Of a stretch of 62,513 nt of DNA, positions 36,201 through 48,200 are shown piece by piece. The stretch is taken from the NCBI GenBank assembly GCA_964428315.1, contig CAYRXT010000013.1:1-62513 (forward strand), written 5' to 3'. The DNA is from an uncultured Planctomycetales bacterium (lineage in GTDB: Bacteria; Omnitrophota; Gorgyraeia; Zapsychrales; CAYRXT01). Both the position numbers and the translations under genes were made by a program. Numbering within the stretch: the first letter of the stretch is position 1; each line of letters opens with the position of its first letter. Below the pieces are notes generated by a model that had not been told where the DNA came from, did not search any database, and was given only the letters and a program-made list of their open reading frames with translations.

Positions 36201-39200
36201 GGGAGTGGCGCAACGGCCCGAGAAATACAGGCCTTTACAGAGCCCCCGACTTACCGACACATGTTGTTCCGGAACAATCGGCTCCGCAAACATTCGCTCT
36301 TTCGCAGAATTATCCCAATCCGTTTAGTCTTTCCACAACCATCCGGTATAACGTTGCCGAGCCGGGCCCAGTGCGGCTGGTGGTTTATAACATTAACGGG
36401 CGGAAGGTTCGGACATTGGTCGATGAGTTACAGGAAGCCGGCACGAAGAGCGTGGCGTGGGACGGCCGGGACGACGCCGGGAACGAGGTCGCGGCCGGCG
36501 TTTACCTGTATGTCCTGAAGGTCGACGGCAGGGTTGTCGGCAAAAAGAAGCTGCTCCTCCTCGCGTGCGGGGAGGGGGGGGATGATGAGGATCCTCTGAC
36601 GCAAGGCCGGGAGAAACCGGCGGCGCGGTTTGCGTCTCCCGGAGGGATCGCGTGCATAGGCGTCTCGGTGCGGATGATGCTGTTGCGGCTGGCAAACAGC
36701 GGCAGGCTTAACGTTTTTGACGCGAAGCCGGCTAATGGGGAAAATGGGGGCCGTCCCTATTTATCCCATTTATCAGGGCCGGTTGCTCTGAACAAAAAGA
36801 GAACGTCAGCTTTTAAGGAGTTGGATGAAATCTTCGGCAGGGATCCCGGCGCCTTTGAGGATAGCCTGGAAGGTTCCCGTTTTAATGATTTTCGATCCGT
36901 GGAGAGGGATGACGCATCTGCGCCGGAGGTCGCTTTTATGCCGCATGACGACATGAGAGCCTTTTTGACGGAGGATAATGAAGCCGGCCCTGCCCAGGCA
37001 CGCGACGATCTGTTTACCGGAAACCCGCGGCAGGCGGGTCATACGGAGACCTCGACGTCTTCCACCATGACATCGATGTCTGCGGACGGGACAGGAAGCC
37101 CGTCCATGCGAAGAGATTCGACATACAGCGCTATGGCTTCCTTGATATTGGCCAGGCCTTCGGCAACGGTCTCGCCCTGGCTTGCGCAGCCGGACAGCGA
37201 GGGAACAAAGAGGCTGTATCCGCCTTCAGGATCTTTCTCGATAACAACCTTGAATCGTTTGACCATTTTTTCACCTCCGTTAAAAAATATACTACGATTG
37301 TCCGGGGAAGTCAATTCATACACTTCTCAGACACGGATAGTCCATTCGGGAAACAGGGGCCGCCCCTGTATAGCTTGCGACGCGTCGGAGAAAGACCTGT
37401 CGCCGGAGGCGTTGGCGGGGTACGTGGATTATTTCGGCGGGATCGGGGAATTCACGCCCGTCGAGGATATCTATGGACGGCTGGAGGTCCGGGAGGCCCT
37501 GTCCGCCGCCGGCCTCTTCGCCGGCGACGCGCGGGCGCGCCTGCGGGGGAAGGGCGTGCGGTTCGTGCGTCCGCCTTCAAGCTGGAACCTGAAGTGGGAA
37601 TACGGCGCGGCGGTCTATGTCGAAAATGAAAACGACATTTACATCATCCTTCCGGAGGGTACGTCCTCGCTGGTCATCGCCCACGAGATCTGGGCCGCCC
37701 TTAATCTTGATTCCGGACACGAAGACAATCCCTTTGTCATCAAAGAGCCGGGATTCCGGAAGACGCTGGTCTCGATGCTCCCGTGGGTGAAACCCGATCC
37801 CCTTGACGGCGTTGAGATCGTCAACGACTACACGCGCAAACTCATAGAAGAGAAAAGGGACTACGGCCGGGCGCTCGGGGTCTCGCTCCCGGCCTACGAA
37901 CGGTCGCAGGACGAAAAGGTCCTGCGCCTCCTCATCCCCGCGCTGGTCTTGACCAACAATATCTCGGAGGCCGAAAGCCTCTACCTGCGCGCTGCGCCCG
38001 AGGACCGGGCCGAGGTCATCGATAACCTGGCCCGCGCCCTTGTCTGGTCAGTGACCGACTACAAGAGGGGATATGAGTTAATGGCCCTTTTCCTCGCGAC
38101 GGGGGATTCGCCCGCGTCTTACATGCGTTTCATGGGCCGATTTATGAAGACGTTTTTTATCCGGTATTTCAACGGGCCGGCTCACGACGTCCATTTGGAG
38201 AATCTCGCGGCGTTTAAGGCGGGCCGGCTCCCCGCGGCGCTGACACGGGACTACGGTCCGGTCGGATCCTTCCGGGAGGGCTTCGACCCCGGCGTCTTTC
38301 CGGAGATGACGTTCGCCGTGCCCGCGGACATCGGTTCCATGAACGCGCTGGGCAGGGCCCTGTTCGCGGCGGTCCGGGACGACGCCCGGCCTCGCAAGTT
38401 CGTACGGATCGACGGCCAGGAGGGGCTGGAACTCTCCATCCTGGAAGACGACCGGGTCCATGCCGAGATGTACGGCCGCATCCACGCCTTCCTGGAAGAC
38501 GCCCGGTATCACGGTACTATCGTACAGGGCAAACACCTGCCGACGGCCCTGAACGGCAGCCGCAGATTCCTCGGCAACGATTTCCGGGGCGAGGACCTGG
38601 CCGCCTATTTCAACAAGGCGGCCGCAGACACGGTGCCCCTCGATGCGTATGAGAGGTTCCTGCTGGATTATCTTCTGAATGAAAGAGGCGTCCTGGCCCT
38701 GAACGATGACGGCGCGTACGAAAGCCGCAAGAAGTATTTCCTCGCCACGGTCTGCATGGACGGGTTTTACAAGGATTACATGAAGGAGCATCTCTTCGGC
38801 CATGAACTGCGGCATTACATGCTTTACATGTCTCCCTCTTACGAAAAAGACCTGTGGGCTGTCTGGAAAGAGGACCTCAAGGAGGAAGAAAGGGAGGTGG
38901 TGGAAGACTTCTTCCACGGCCGGGGCTACGACAAGGGTAACGGGTGGCTGATGGTCAAGGAGCTCCCGGCGTGGATCTACCATCCGGATTTTATGAAGGC
39001 GACCAAGATCCGGCCTCAGGTGGTCGAAAAACTCAAGGAGAGGGAGGACGCCGCCTTCAGGGAGATCTTTCTTAGCCGGCATGGCTCCAGCGGCGAAGAG
39101 ATGTTTGGCGAGGCCACCCGGCCGCGCGCGCGCGAAGGTTCGGCTCTCCCCGTCATCGCCGGGCCGAAGCACTGCGTCGTCAATGCGGTCTTCATGGCGG

Positions 39201-42200
39201 TGAACCTGATCCGGTCGGCGCTGTCCCGGGGAAATAGTGAAAACGGGGACGGAACCTGTTTATCGAAATCCTCCAACTTCAGCGCCGCCGAGATGGACGA
39301 GGTAGCGCGGATGCTGGAGGAGGGTGACAAGGAGGCGGCGGCGCGCGCCTGGAAGTACGCTTCGATGATGCGGGCGCTGGAGCATCAGACAGGCGGCAAG
39401 GTGATCGAGCTGGAAGGGAACCTTATTTCCTGCAATCCGCAATTAAGCACGCCCGGCGGAGGGGCCTTTGACGTGAAGAAGATCCTCGCGGTCCTGGAGG
39501 TGAGCCCGGATTACACTATTACCAGCCGCACATATCAGGATGTTCATAACCTGATCGCCGCGCTTTATGTGATTAAAAGGCTCGAGTATTATGACAAAAC
39601 AAAAGACAAACTTGCGCATGCCCGGGATGTTATCGGCTCGTGGGATGAGCTCTGGGCGCCGCTGATTGCCGGGCGGATATATTCGCCGGCGCAAGTCGCT
39701 GACATCCTGCGCGCGACCGCGCGTTTATCCCGGCTTAGGGGCGTGCCCGGCAGCGAAGAGGCGAGAAGTGTGCTGTTCCGGGCCCTGCAAACGGCGCCGA
39801 CGGCAGAGGATTCAGTGGAGACGGTGCGACGGTTATTCACGGGATGGGATTTGAAGCGTAAACTTCAACTGGCCTTGTCGTCGATGCGGGAGGTTGCGCG
39901 CGAACTGGAATTGTTCAGTATGGATTTATGGGGACCTGAACGCAAGGTGAAAGCGGTTTTGTTTTCGGCCTGGGCTTTCAGTCATAGATCGTCGCGGTCT
40001 CTGCTTTTTTCGTGGGATCTCGAGGAGAAGCTCGGGCTTGAAAATGACAGCCAATACCTGCTCCTGTCACATATTTTCGCTGCGCCGCTGGCCTCGGAGA
40101 CTTCTTTGCGCCAGATATTTGAGGGAGCCCGGGGCAAAGACGCGGCCGAAGAAATCCTGGGACAGGGATGTGTTCTCGCTATGCCTTATGCGGGAATCGT
40201 TCTTTGCCGTTTCCTTGGGGCCTTTGATATTGTCATCAAACTGATGCGGCTTCAGACGCACTGCTGTTTGATGGTTATGAAGGATGGATATGCTTTTATT
40301 TTTGACAGCGGTTATTCGACGGCCAGCCGGTCTTTCCGGTTAGAGGACTATACGGAAAGGGACGGTGAAACTTACCATTTTAAAGAGGCGTTTTTCCGCG
40401 ACGTCTGTCCCGAGGGGTGGAAACACACACATTTTAAATGGTTTAAATTGTACGATATTTACGGGTTCCCCGGATTTATACAAAACAATATAGATCTCAA
40501 TATATATAAAACAAAAACAGAAACAGAAACAAAAACAAAAACAGGTGACAGTCACCAAACAGGTGACAGTCACCGTCCGGGGACAGGGATGACCGGGCCC
40601 GGCGAGGCCACCCGGCCGCGCGCGCGCGAAGGTTCGGCTCTCCCCGTCATCGCCGGGCCGAAGCACTGCGTCGTCAATGCGGTCTTCATGGCGGTGAACC
40701 TGATCCGGTCGGCGCTGTCCCGGGGAAATAGTGAAAACGGGGACGGAACCTGTTTATCAGTTTTGAACAGCCGCCTTCTCTTTGGTGATGCGTTGCGAAA
40801 TCCATTTCTGCGGGAGTTCTCCGGGGGAGAGGCCGGCCTTGCAGGCCAGCTTGTCAAGGATCCTGATCTGCCGGGGCTTAAGGTCGAGGACGATGTGTTT
40901 GGGGCGGGGGGGCCGCGCATTTCTTGCGGGCCTGATGTCCTCCGGGAAATCCGTTATGCTGTGGGTATCCCAGAAGGCCCGCTCTTCACGGACAGATTTG
41001 AATTCCGGGGTTTTTCCGGTCTTTTTCATCCCTCTTTATATTTTGTGGATTCTATAACGACCTTTTCTGATGACAGCCAAATGACCGGTCAGATCTTGTC
41101 GAGCCACTCGGGAAAGGAAGTCGCGGAGGAGTTCGTTGATTTCGCTGATGGTAAGCAGATGGACCCTCAGGAGAATAATCCCGCAATTAGACGGGGGAGG
41201 GTACCTGAGGATATTGCTAAAATCGGTATCTCTGGTAATGAGTATACAGGAATCACGTTGAATCCTTTCGAAAATTTCTTCATCCGTGGACTGCGGATTG
41301 ATATCCCGGATATCAACAGCATCATGCCCCATAGTTTCGCACGTACTTTTAATGGACCGGGGGCAATCGGCATCGATCAGAAATCTCATAGTTTAGGAAG
41401 GTTGTTTGATAAGTTCTTGTTCGTCAGTGAGCATTGCGGCGAACAGAAGGCAGGCATGAATATCTTCCATAGTAATGGGAGCGTATTCTCTAACAACCTC
41501 TTCGAAGGGCATCCCGCAGGCAAGAGCTTCGAGAACTACATGAACAGGTATGCGTGTGGCTTTAATACATGGCCGACCATGCTGAACCGCGGGGTCGGTA
41601 GTGATGTGTTTCTCAATAAGTCTTTTATTGACCATTTTTATCCTCTTTTAATGATTCCAAATATAACATGGAATAATAATATTGTCAATTTAGAAGGGAT
41701 TTTTGATAGAAATAAAGGTGACTGTCACCGTAACCGTAAACGGCCCTACTCTCTCCTCACCGTGCCGGAGGTGTATGGGGATAATGGAGAAGAGGGAGAC
41801 GGGGGAGAAGGGGGCCGCGGGCCGCGTCCTCCGCGGCAGGGTTCTTCTGAATCTTCATTAACGCGGCCCGCGGCCCTTGACAGCTTCACGGCCGTGTGGA
41901 ACGGGGACGCATACGGGTATGAAACAGGCAGCAGCGTCCGGCTGTACGGGGACATGGAAGACCATCTGAAACAGGCCGGGCTCCTGCTGAGCGAAAGCGG
42001 CCGCGACCCGCCGGAGCGGATCACCGTTATCATCACCGCCGACGCCGAACTCTTGGGCGTTGACCCGCGGACCGGCCGGACCTACGTCATGGCCAGCCGG
42101 ACCGATCCCGACGCACGTTTCCTCATCTTCATCCACCCCTACTATTTCACCCTGCGGGAAAACATAGACGGGGAACTCGCAAGCAACCGTAACGAGTCCC

Positions 42201-45200
42201 TGAGAGGTATCTACGACGCGTACACACGTGTCTTTGAGGTACGGTTTTTGCCCCGTGCCGACTTCGCCCGTCTCCTGATGATTGAGATGCCGGCGCACGA
42301 GTTCCTGCATTTCGCGGGGATGGACGAGGCGCAGGCGCTGGAGGCCACCTTCGTCTTGAGGGAGAGACTGGTGGAGGAGAGAAGGGCGGAGGACGTCCAA
42401 TGGTATATCCGGGCGGTTAAACAACTCCAGCGGCCTGATACGCGTGAGGAGGGCCGCGTTGCTTTAATGCGCATGAGGCATAAATCTGTTGTGCCCTCCC
42501 TCCGTCTCAAAGCGGATTCGGTCCTCTGCGCGATCCCGTTCTCTCCGGACTATCCTGTGGGCTTGCGCAGGGCCGTTGTTCAGGTTGTAGAAGACGGATT
42601 GACGCGCCGGCCTTATGCCGGACGTTACGGAGAAAGAGATATCCGGCTTCTTGAGAAATTGTCCTTCGCGGAGGCGGCCGGATGGAAAGTCCGCAAAGCG
42701 GCTCTGGAAACACTAATAGGCATAGCCCGCAAACAAAACCTGGTGGTCCCCGGGCACAGAAGGACAGCCCTGGAGGGCCTGGAGGAATTCATCATATCCA
42801 TCGATGACGATAAGTTGCGACATCTTGTTTTGAAAGCGATCACCATGAATGCTTTCCGTCCATCGCTTCCGGAAAACATAAACCGAGAGAATCTTGAGAG
42901 TCTGTTGCGTCTCTATGAAGCCCTTGGGGGGTCCCTCAAGATGATTGTCCTTGAACAGCTCAAGACGGTTTCGTCTCATGTGCGTTATAACGAAGTTAAA
43001 GAGGCCCTGTTCCGGTATTTTGCCGGTCAGTTGGACGCGCGTTCTGTTCCGGACGGCGGCATGGAGACCGTCTGCGCCCTGCTCGCGCGGACGATGAGCG
43101 TCTCGTCGACAATGCTCGCGCTCGGCGACAGCCTGATCAGCGCGGACAACCAGTATTATTACGCCGTGGACCTCGGGTTCGTTCCCGGTGAAGTCCGGAC
43201 CGTTTATGAGGACGGTTTTATCCTGGCCGCGGAGCCGGACGCGGGACTGCGGCTCGGGCTGGCCTTTGCCGTGGCCAAATACCTTAACGACCACGGCAAG
43301 GAAGTCTGTCCGTCCAACATCAGTGCCTTAGGAGGGTTTGTGGCCGGTCTGAGGAAGGAATTCTCGGAAAGAGAATACATTTCACCTGAGACAGATTATA
43401 TGCTGAATATTTACGACCGTTTGGATCGCGAAGTCTGTTTTAGGGATATAGCCGGGACTTGGGCCGGCCTTTCGGCCGGGTTCATCGGGGATTCCGTGAA
43501 GATAAAGCTTGCCAGCACGGGCGGCGGGCGGGATTTGCGCAGATCCCTGAATGAGGCCGGGCGGAAGGCCCGGGAGGGAAAAATCTTTGCGGGAGTGTTT
43601 GGCCACGGTTCCGGAGGGAAAGCAGGGGCCGTGAAGAGTCTGTTTGGCAGGCTGTTTCTGGACCCGACATGGCGGGAGGCCATTGAGATCAATCAAGATG
43701 TGATCCCGGCCGGCCGGATTATGAAAGGACTGATGAGCGGAACAGCCGCTGATTCGAATAAGAAGGTGCACCTGTCGGCATGTTTTGCCGAAGACAACGC
43801 CGTGGCCTGTGCCTGGTGGATTGCCCGGCGTTTCGATGTGAGTGCGTACAGGCCTGTTGACGCCCTGATAAGCGTAACCAGTTTGAGGCAGAAGGCGCTG
43901 CCCGGTATCTATGAGGAGGCCGCGCGCTCTTTTATCGAGGATAACCTCAAGGACGGCCGAGTAAAGAATCCTAAAGGACAGTGGACGGGGCGGGATTATT
44001 TCGAGCTTGAAAAACGGCTGATAAGGCAAAGACGCTATAAGCAGAAACCGTCAATCATCATCGGGCTGACGCCCCCCCAGCGGGAGGAGCTGATAAAGAT
44101 CGAGGAGACATTGATCGACCGAGGGACGCCCAGGCCCGCGCCCCGCGTGAAGCAGTTCGGCGCCTACCCGGAGACCATCCCCGACGGGTTCATGAAGATC
44201 TCTGGTAATGTGGACAAAGACGACAGGGACAAAGGGGCCAGTCCCCGAAAGGGGACTGGCCCCTTTGATGGCCCCTTCAAGGGGACTGCGCCCGTTGCGT
44301 CCCGGTTCACCGCCAGCATCGCCGGCTCCCATGCCCTTATCTTCAACTGGCTGGCGTCGGCGCTGGGCCGGGGAGGGGAAGCGGATGTCCCGGCGCGCGC
44401 GAAAGGCGCGAGCGCGGTCGAGGACCTTTACGTCGACGACAACGCGGCCGAAAACGGGGACGGGCTGAGCGCGCGGACGGCCTTCCTGACGGTCGGTGAG
44501 GCCACCGCCTTTATCGATTCTCTGCGGCAGGCCGGGGAAGCGCAGAGAGTGACGATCCATGTTGCGGCGGGTACCTACCGGGAGCAGGTCGTTCTCGGGG
44601 ACAACACGACCCTGCGGGGCGAAGGCCGGGACGCGACGGAAATTTATCTTCCGATCAAATGGGGCGCCATGGTGCGCGTCACGGGCGTTGACGTGCGGAT
44701 CGAGGATATCGAGATTGAGATTAAACCCGTTATGGGCGGCCCGGCGGGGCTCCATGTCGAAATGCCCATGGGTCTGAACTGCGAGGTCAAAAACAGCCGG
44801 ATCGTGGCGTATATGTCCTGTGGGACGGCGGTGGTTCTTTCGGGCAGTACCGGGCTGTTTGAAGGCAATGAGGTCATCGGCTTTGACTTCGGGCTTATCG
44901 TGAATGGCCATGGATGGCTGGTAAAGGACAACTATTTTGCAGGCTCGACGTTTGAGGAAATAAGGGTGTACGGCCAAACTCTGGTCCAAGACAACACGAT
45001 TGACGGGGAGATCGCCGTTTTCACGACGCCGCAGGGCACGCCGGCCCTGCTGAAGCGGATCGAAGCCGATCCCACCCTTTTCGGCATGGACAAGCTGACG
45101 GACAAGTTTTATTACAACGAGATTTTGCGGGGCAGGTGCGCACCCGATATGCCGGACGCCCTTTCTTCCGGGTATAACGCCGAGATCAAAGGTAACCTGC

Positions 45201-48200
45201 TCAATGGCTACCTTAACCTGGCCTCGGGAAACAATTATGTCCATCATAACGTCATTCGTAACGCAGGGAAAGCCGTGGACGTGGGCTGGTGGGCGTGGAC
45301 ATGCCACGGCAACAGGATCGAATCGAACCGGATCATCGACTGCGATGCCGGCATCCTCATCCACAAGGGCCGGGGCCACGTCGTCGAGAGGAACCTTATC
45401 GCGGTTTTCGATTACGGTGTCAATATTCGCAAAGAAAACATCGAAGGGCCGACCGTGCCCGGGGACGCGCAATTTGTGAACAACACCATCGTATCGACCG
45501 GAGAGGGCGGCCGTGGCGGGATCATCGTCTGGTCAAATGGCGGCGGCAACAGTGTCACGAACAATATCATCGTCATCCATGATCCGCAGACCGGGCGTTG
45601 TGTGTCTAACAATACAGGCAGGCCTTCGGATGTGAATGTGGCCTATAATGATCTGTACCGGATTGGCTTTTCAGACGAGCCGGATCCTTACCGTGATACT
45701 TACACAAACGAGGCCGGCAATATCTACGCCGACCCGCTGTTCACGGTGGGGAGCGGTTACCGTCTTGATGCGGCTTCGCCCTGTATAGATGCGGGCAACC
45801 CGGCGATGACCGATCCCGGGACTTTTTCCCGGGCGGATATGGGCTGCTACCCCTACAGGGTTCCGCGTGAGCCGTACAGCTTAGCCATCGCTTCCATAGG
45901 GGATCAAAGGGAACGCCGGCCGTTTTGGATCAGCTTGACCGCCATTGACAGCCTGGGCTTGCCTGTAACGGGCTTTACGGGCAGGGTGGATGTGACGGAT
46001 CTGACCGGCACCCTCAGGCCGCGGATGAGCGAACCGTTCATCGACGGCCGGCTACGCCAGCAGGTGGTTGTGGACAGTGCGGCCAGGCAGGACCGGATTA
46101 TCGTGGCTTTCTCCGGCGGTAACAAGACGTTTATGTCCGAACCATTTGACGTCTTGGATGTCTACGATTTATGCCATGTTTATCTGGACGGTTCTGCCGC
46201 GTCCGGCGGCGACGGGTCGCTGGCGCGGCCTTATGACAGATTCAACAATGCCATAGCAGGTGCGGCCAAACTGGCTCTTGACTATGAGTACAGGGAGGAG
46301 GTTACGATCCATGTGTTCCCGGGAAGGTACGAGATATCCGGTTCGCTCAATATCCCTCCGATGGTCAATCTTGTTTCCTTCAGCGGGGAAGGGGCGGGTA
46401 CCGGTGATGTGGAGATCGTTACGAGCGGCTTCCCGTCAACGGGACGGCACCGTGCAGTGGAAAAATACGGTACGGGCGTTGTTCGCGGTCTTGTTTTTCT
46501 TAACGGAGACAGCGAGAAGAACGTCATAGCGCTTGAGCTCGACGCGTACGGACGGGAGACCGGGGACAGGACGACCGTGGTGGAAGACTGCCTTTTCGAG
46601 GGGTTCACGGAAAGCATCCTAGCCTATCTTAAGACCGAAGGGGACATCCTGATACAGAGAAATACGATAAGATCAAGGTGGTTTGATATCACGTATATCG
46701 GATACTCGTCTGACGAGGGAGCTCTTGTCGTGAGAAGAAATATTCTCCAGGGTGCCCACGCCGGATTTTTATATGAAGGCCGTGACGAAGAGATCCCGCA
46801 GACGGAGGTCTTGATCCACAACAATACGTTTTACGGCGAGGACGGATGGCGGGGTATTAATATCTCCGATCCCATGCCGTATGCCACCAGGATCGAGAAT
46901 AATATCCTCTGCGGATGGGAGACTCCGGTGCGGGATCCTCACTTGGTCTCCGAGGGCGGCGTTAACTACAACCTGTTTTTCGACAACACGTACGATTATG
47001 CGGGCGGTGGGACCGGCAACATCACGGGTGATCCGTTATTTGTATATGAGAAAGGGAGCGATTTCCGTCTCATGCCGCTTTCGCCCTGTATCGACGCCGG
47101 CAATCCCGATCCGCAGTACAGAGACCCCGACGGGACGCGCAACGACATCGGCCGGCATGACTGCGCGTCGCGTTACGGCTATTTCGTCGTCGATTCTATA
47201 GCGGCACAGGCGGCGGGCCGGGACTTCCGGGTCAACATCACGGCCTACAAGAGAGGGGACGCAGGGGTCTGGAAAGATTTCAACGGGCAGGCGCGGATCC
47301 TGGACCGCACCGGTGACCTTACCTGTCTTCAGCCTGTATATTTCGAGGACGGAAGATGGACGGGGACGGTCCGCGTCGAGGAACACCTGGTCGACAACAT
47401 GCTTCGGGTGGAATCTCAGGAGGGCGTGCTGGGGTATTCTAACCTTTTTAGCGTCTACGATCCGCAATGGATGACGGTTTACGTCGACACAAACGGAACA
47501 GGAGGCGCGAGCGGCCGCGCCGACGATCCGTTTTCTTCGGTCATCGAGGCCGTGTCAGCGGCCAGCACGCGGGCCGAAGAATATCATATTCCCGTCACCG
47601 TCCGCGTGAGGGGCGGCAGGTACGATATCGTTCCTCCGGCGGGAGAGTTTTACGGGTGCGTTCTCGCGGACGGCGTCAGCCTGGAAGGCGATCCTGAGGA
47701 CAGGCCCGTGTTTGTTGCCCGGCACTCGCCTTCTCAACATCTGTTGATCAGTGCGTATCTGCTGAAGAAGGGGGCGGGCAACATCAAGGACATCATTCTC
47801 TTTAACGGGGCTGACCAGGCCAATTCTTCCGGCATCAGGACGGACAGCCGCGCCCGAACGGTGATACGTAACGTTCGGGTGGAAGACTTTGCGTCGCCTA
47901 TCAGCGCGTGGCGTTTCGCGAAGGTGACGGTGGACCACTGCCTGATCGCACGCTCTCCGGTAACGGCGGGCCTGACGGCTGGCAGCGGGGACACCCTCGT
48001 CGTTCGCAACACCACCTTCGCGGACACCCGGGGCGCGGTATGCTGGCGCAGCGCCGGGGTTTACAGCGAGTTCCTTAATAATATTGTCGTGAACCGCCAG
48101 GAAGACATCTTTGTCGATCCTTCCGGTGACGCGCGGATTAGCTTCAACTGTACATATCACCTGGATTCGGGGACTGGTTACACCGGAGGGACAGGGAACA

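Noticed and set aside
37353-37369. ACAGGGGC-C-GCCCCTGT palindrome upstream of the hicBA promoter as a terminator.
   Set aside because: A 1-nt loop cannot form a normal hairpin and there is no U-tract. It may be a protein-binding palindrome, but it occurs only once, so it was not scored.
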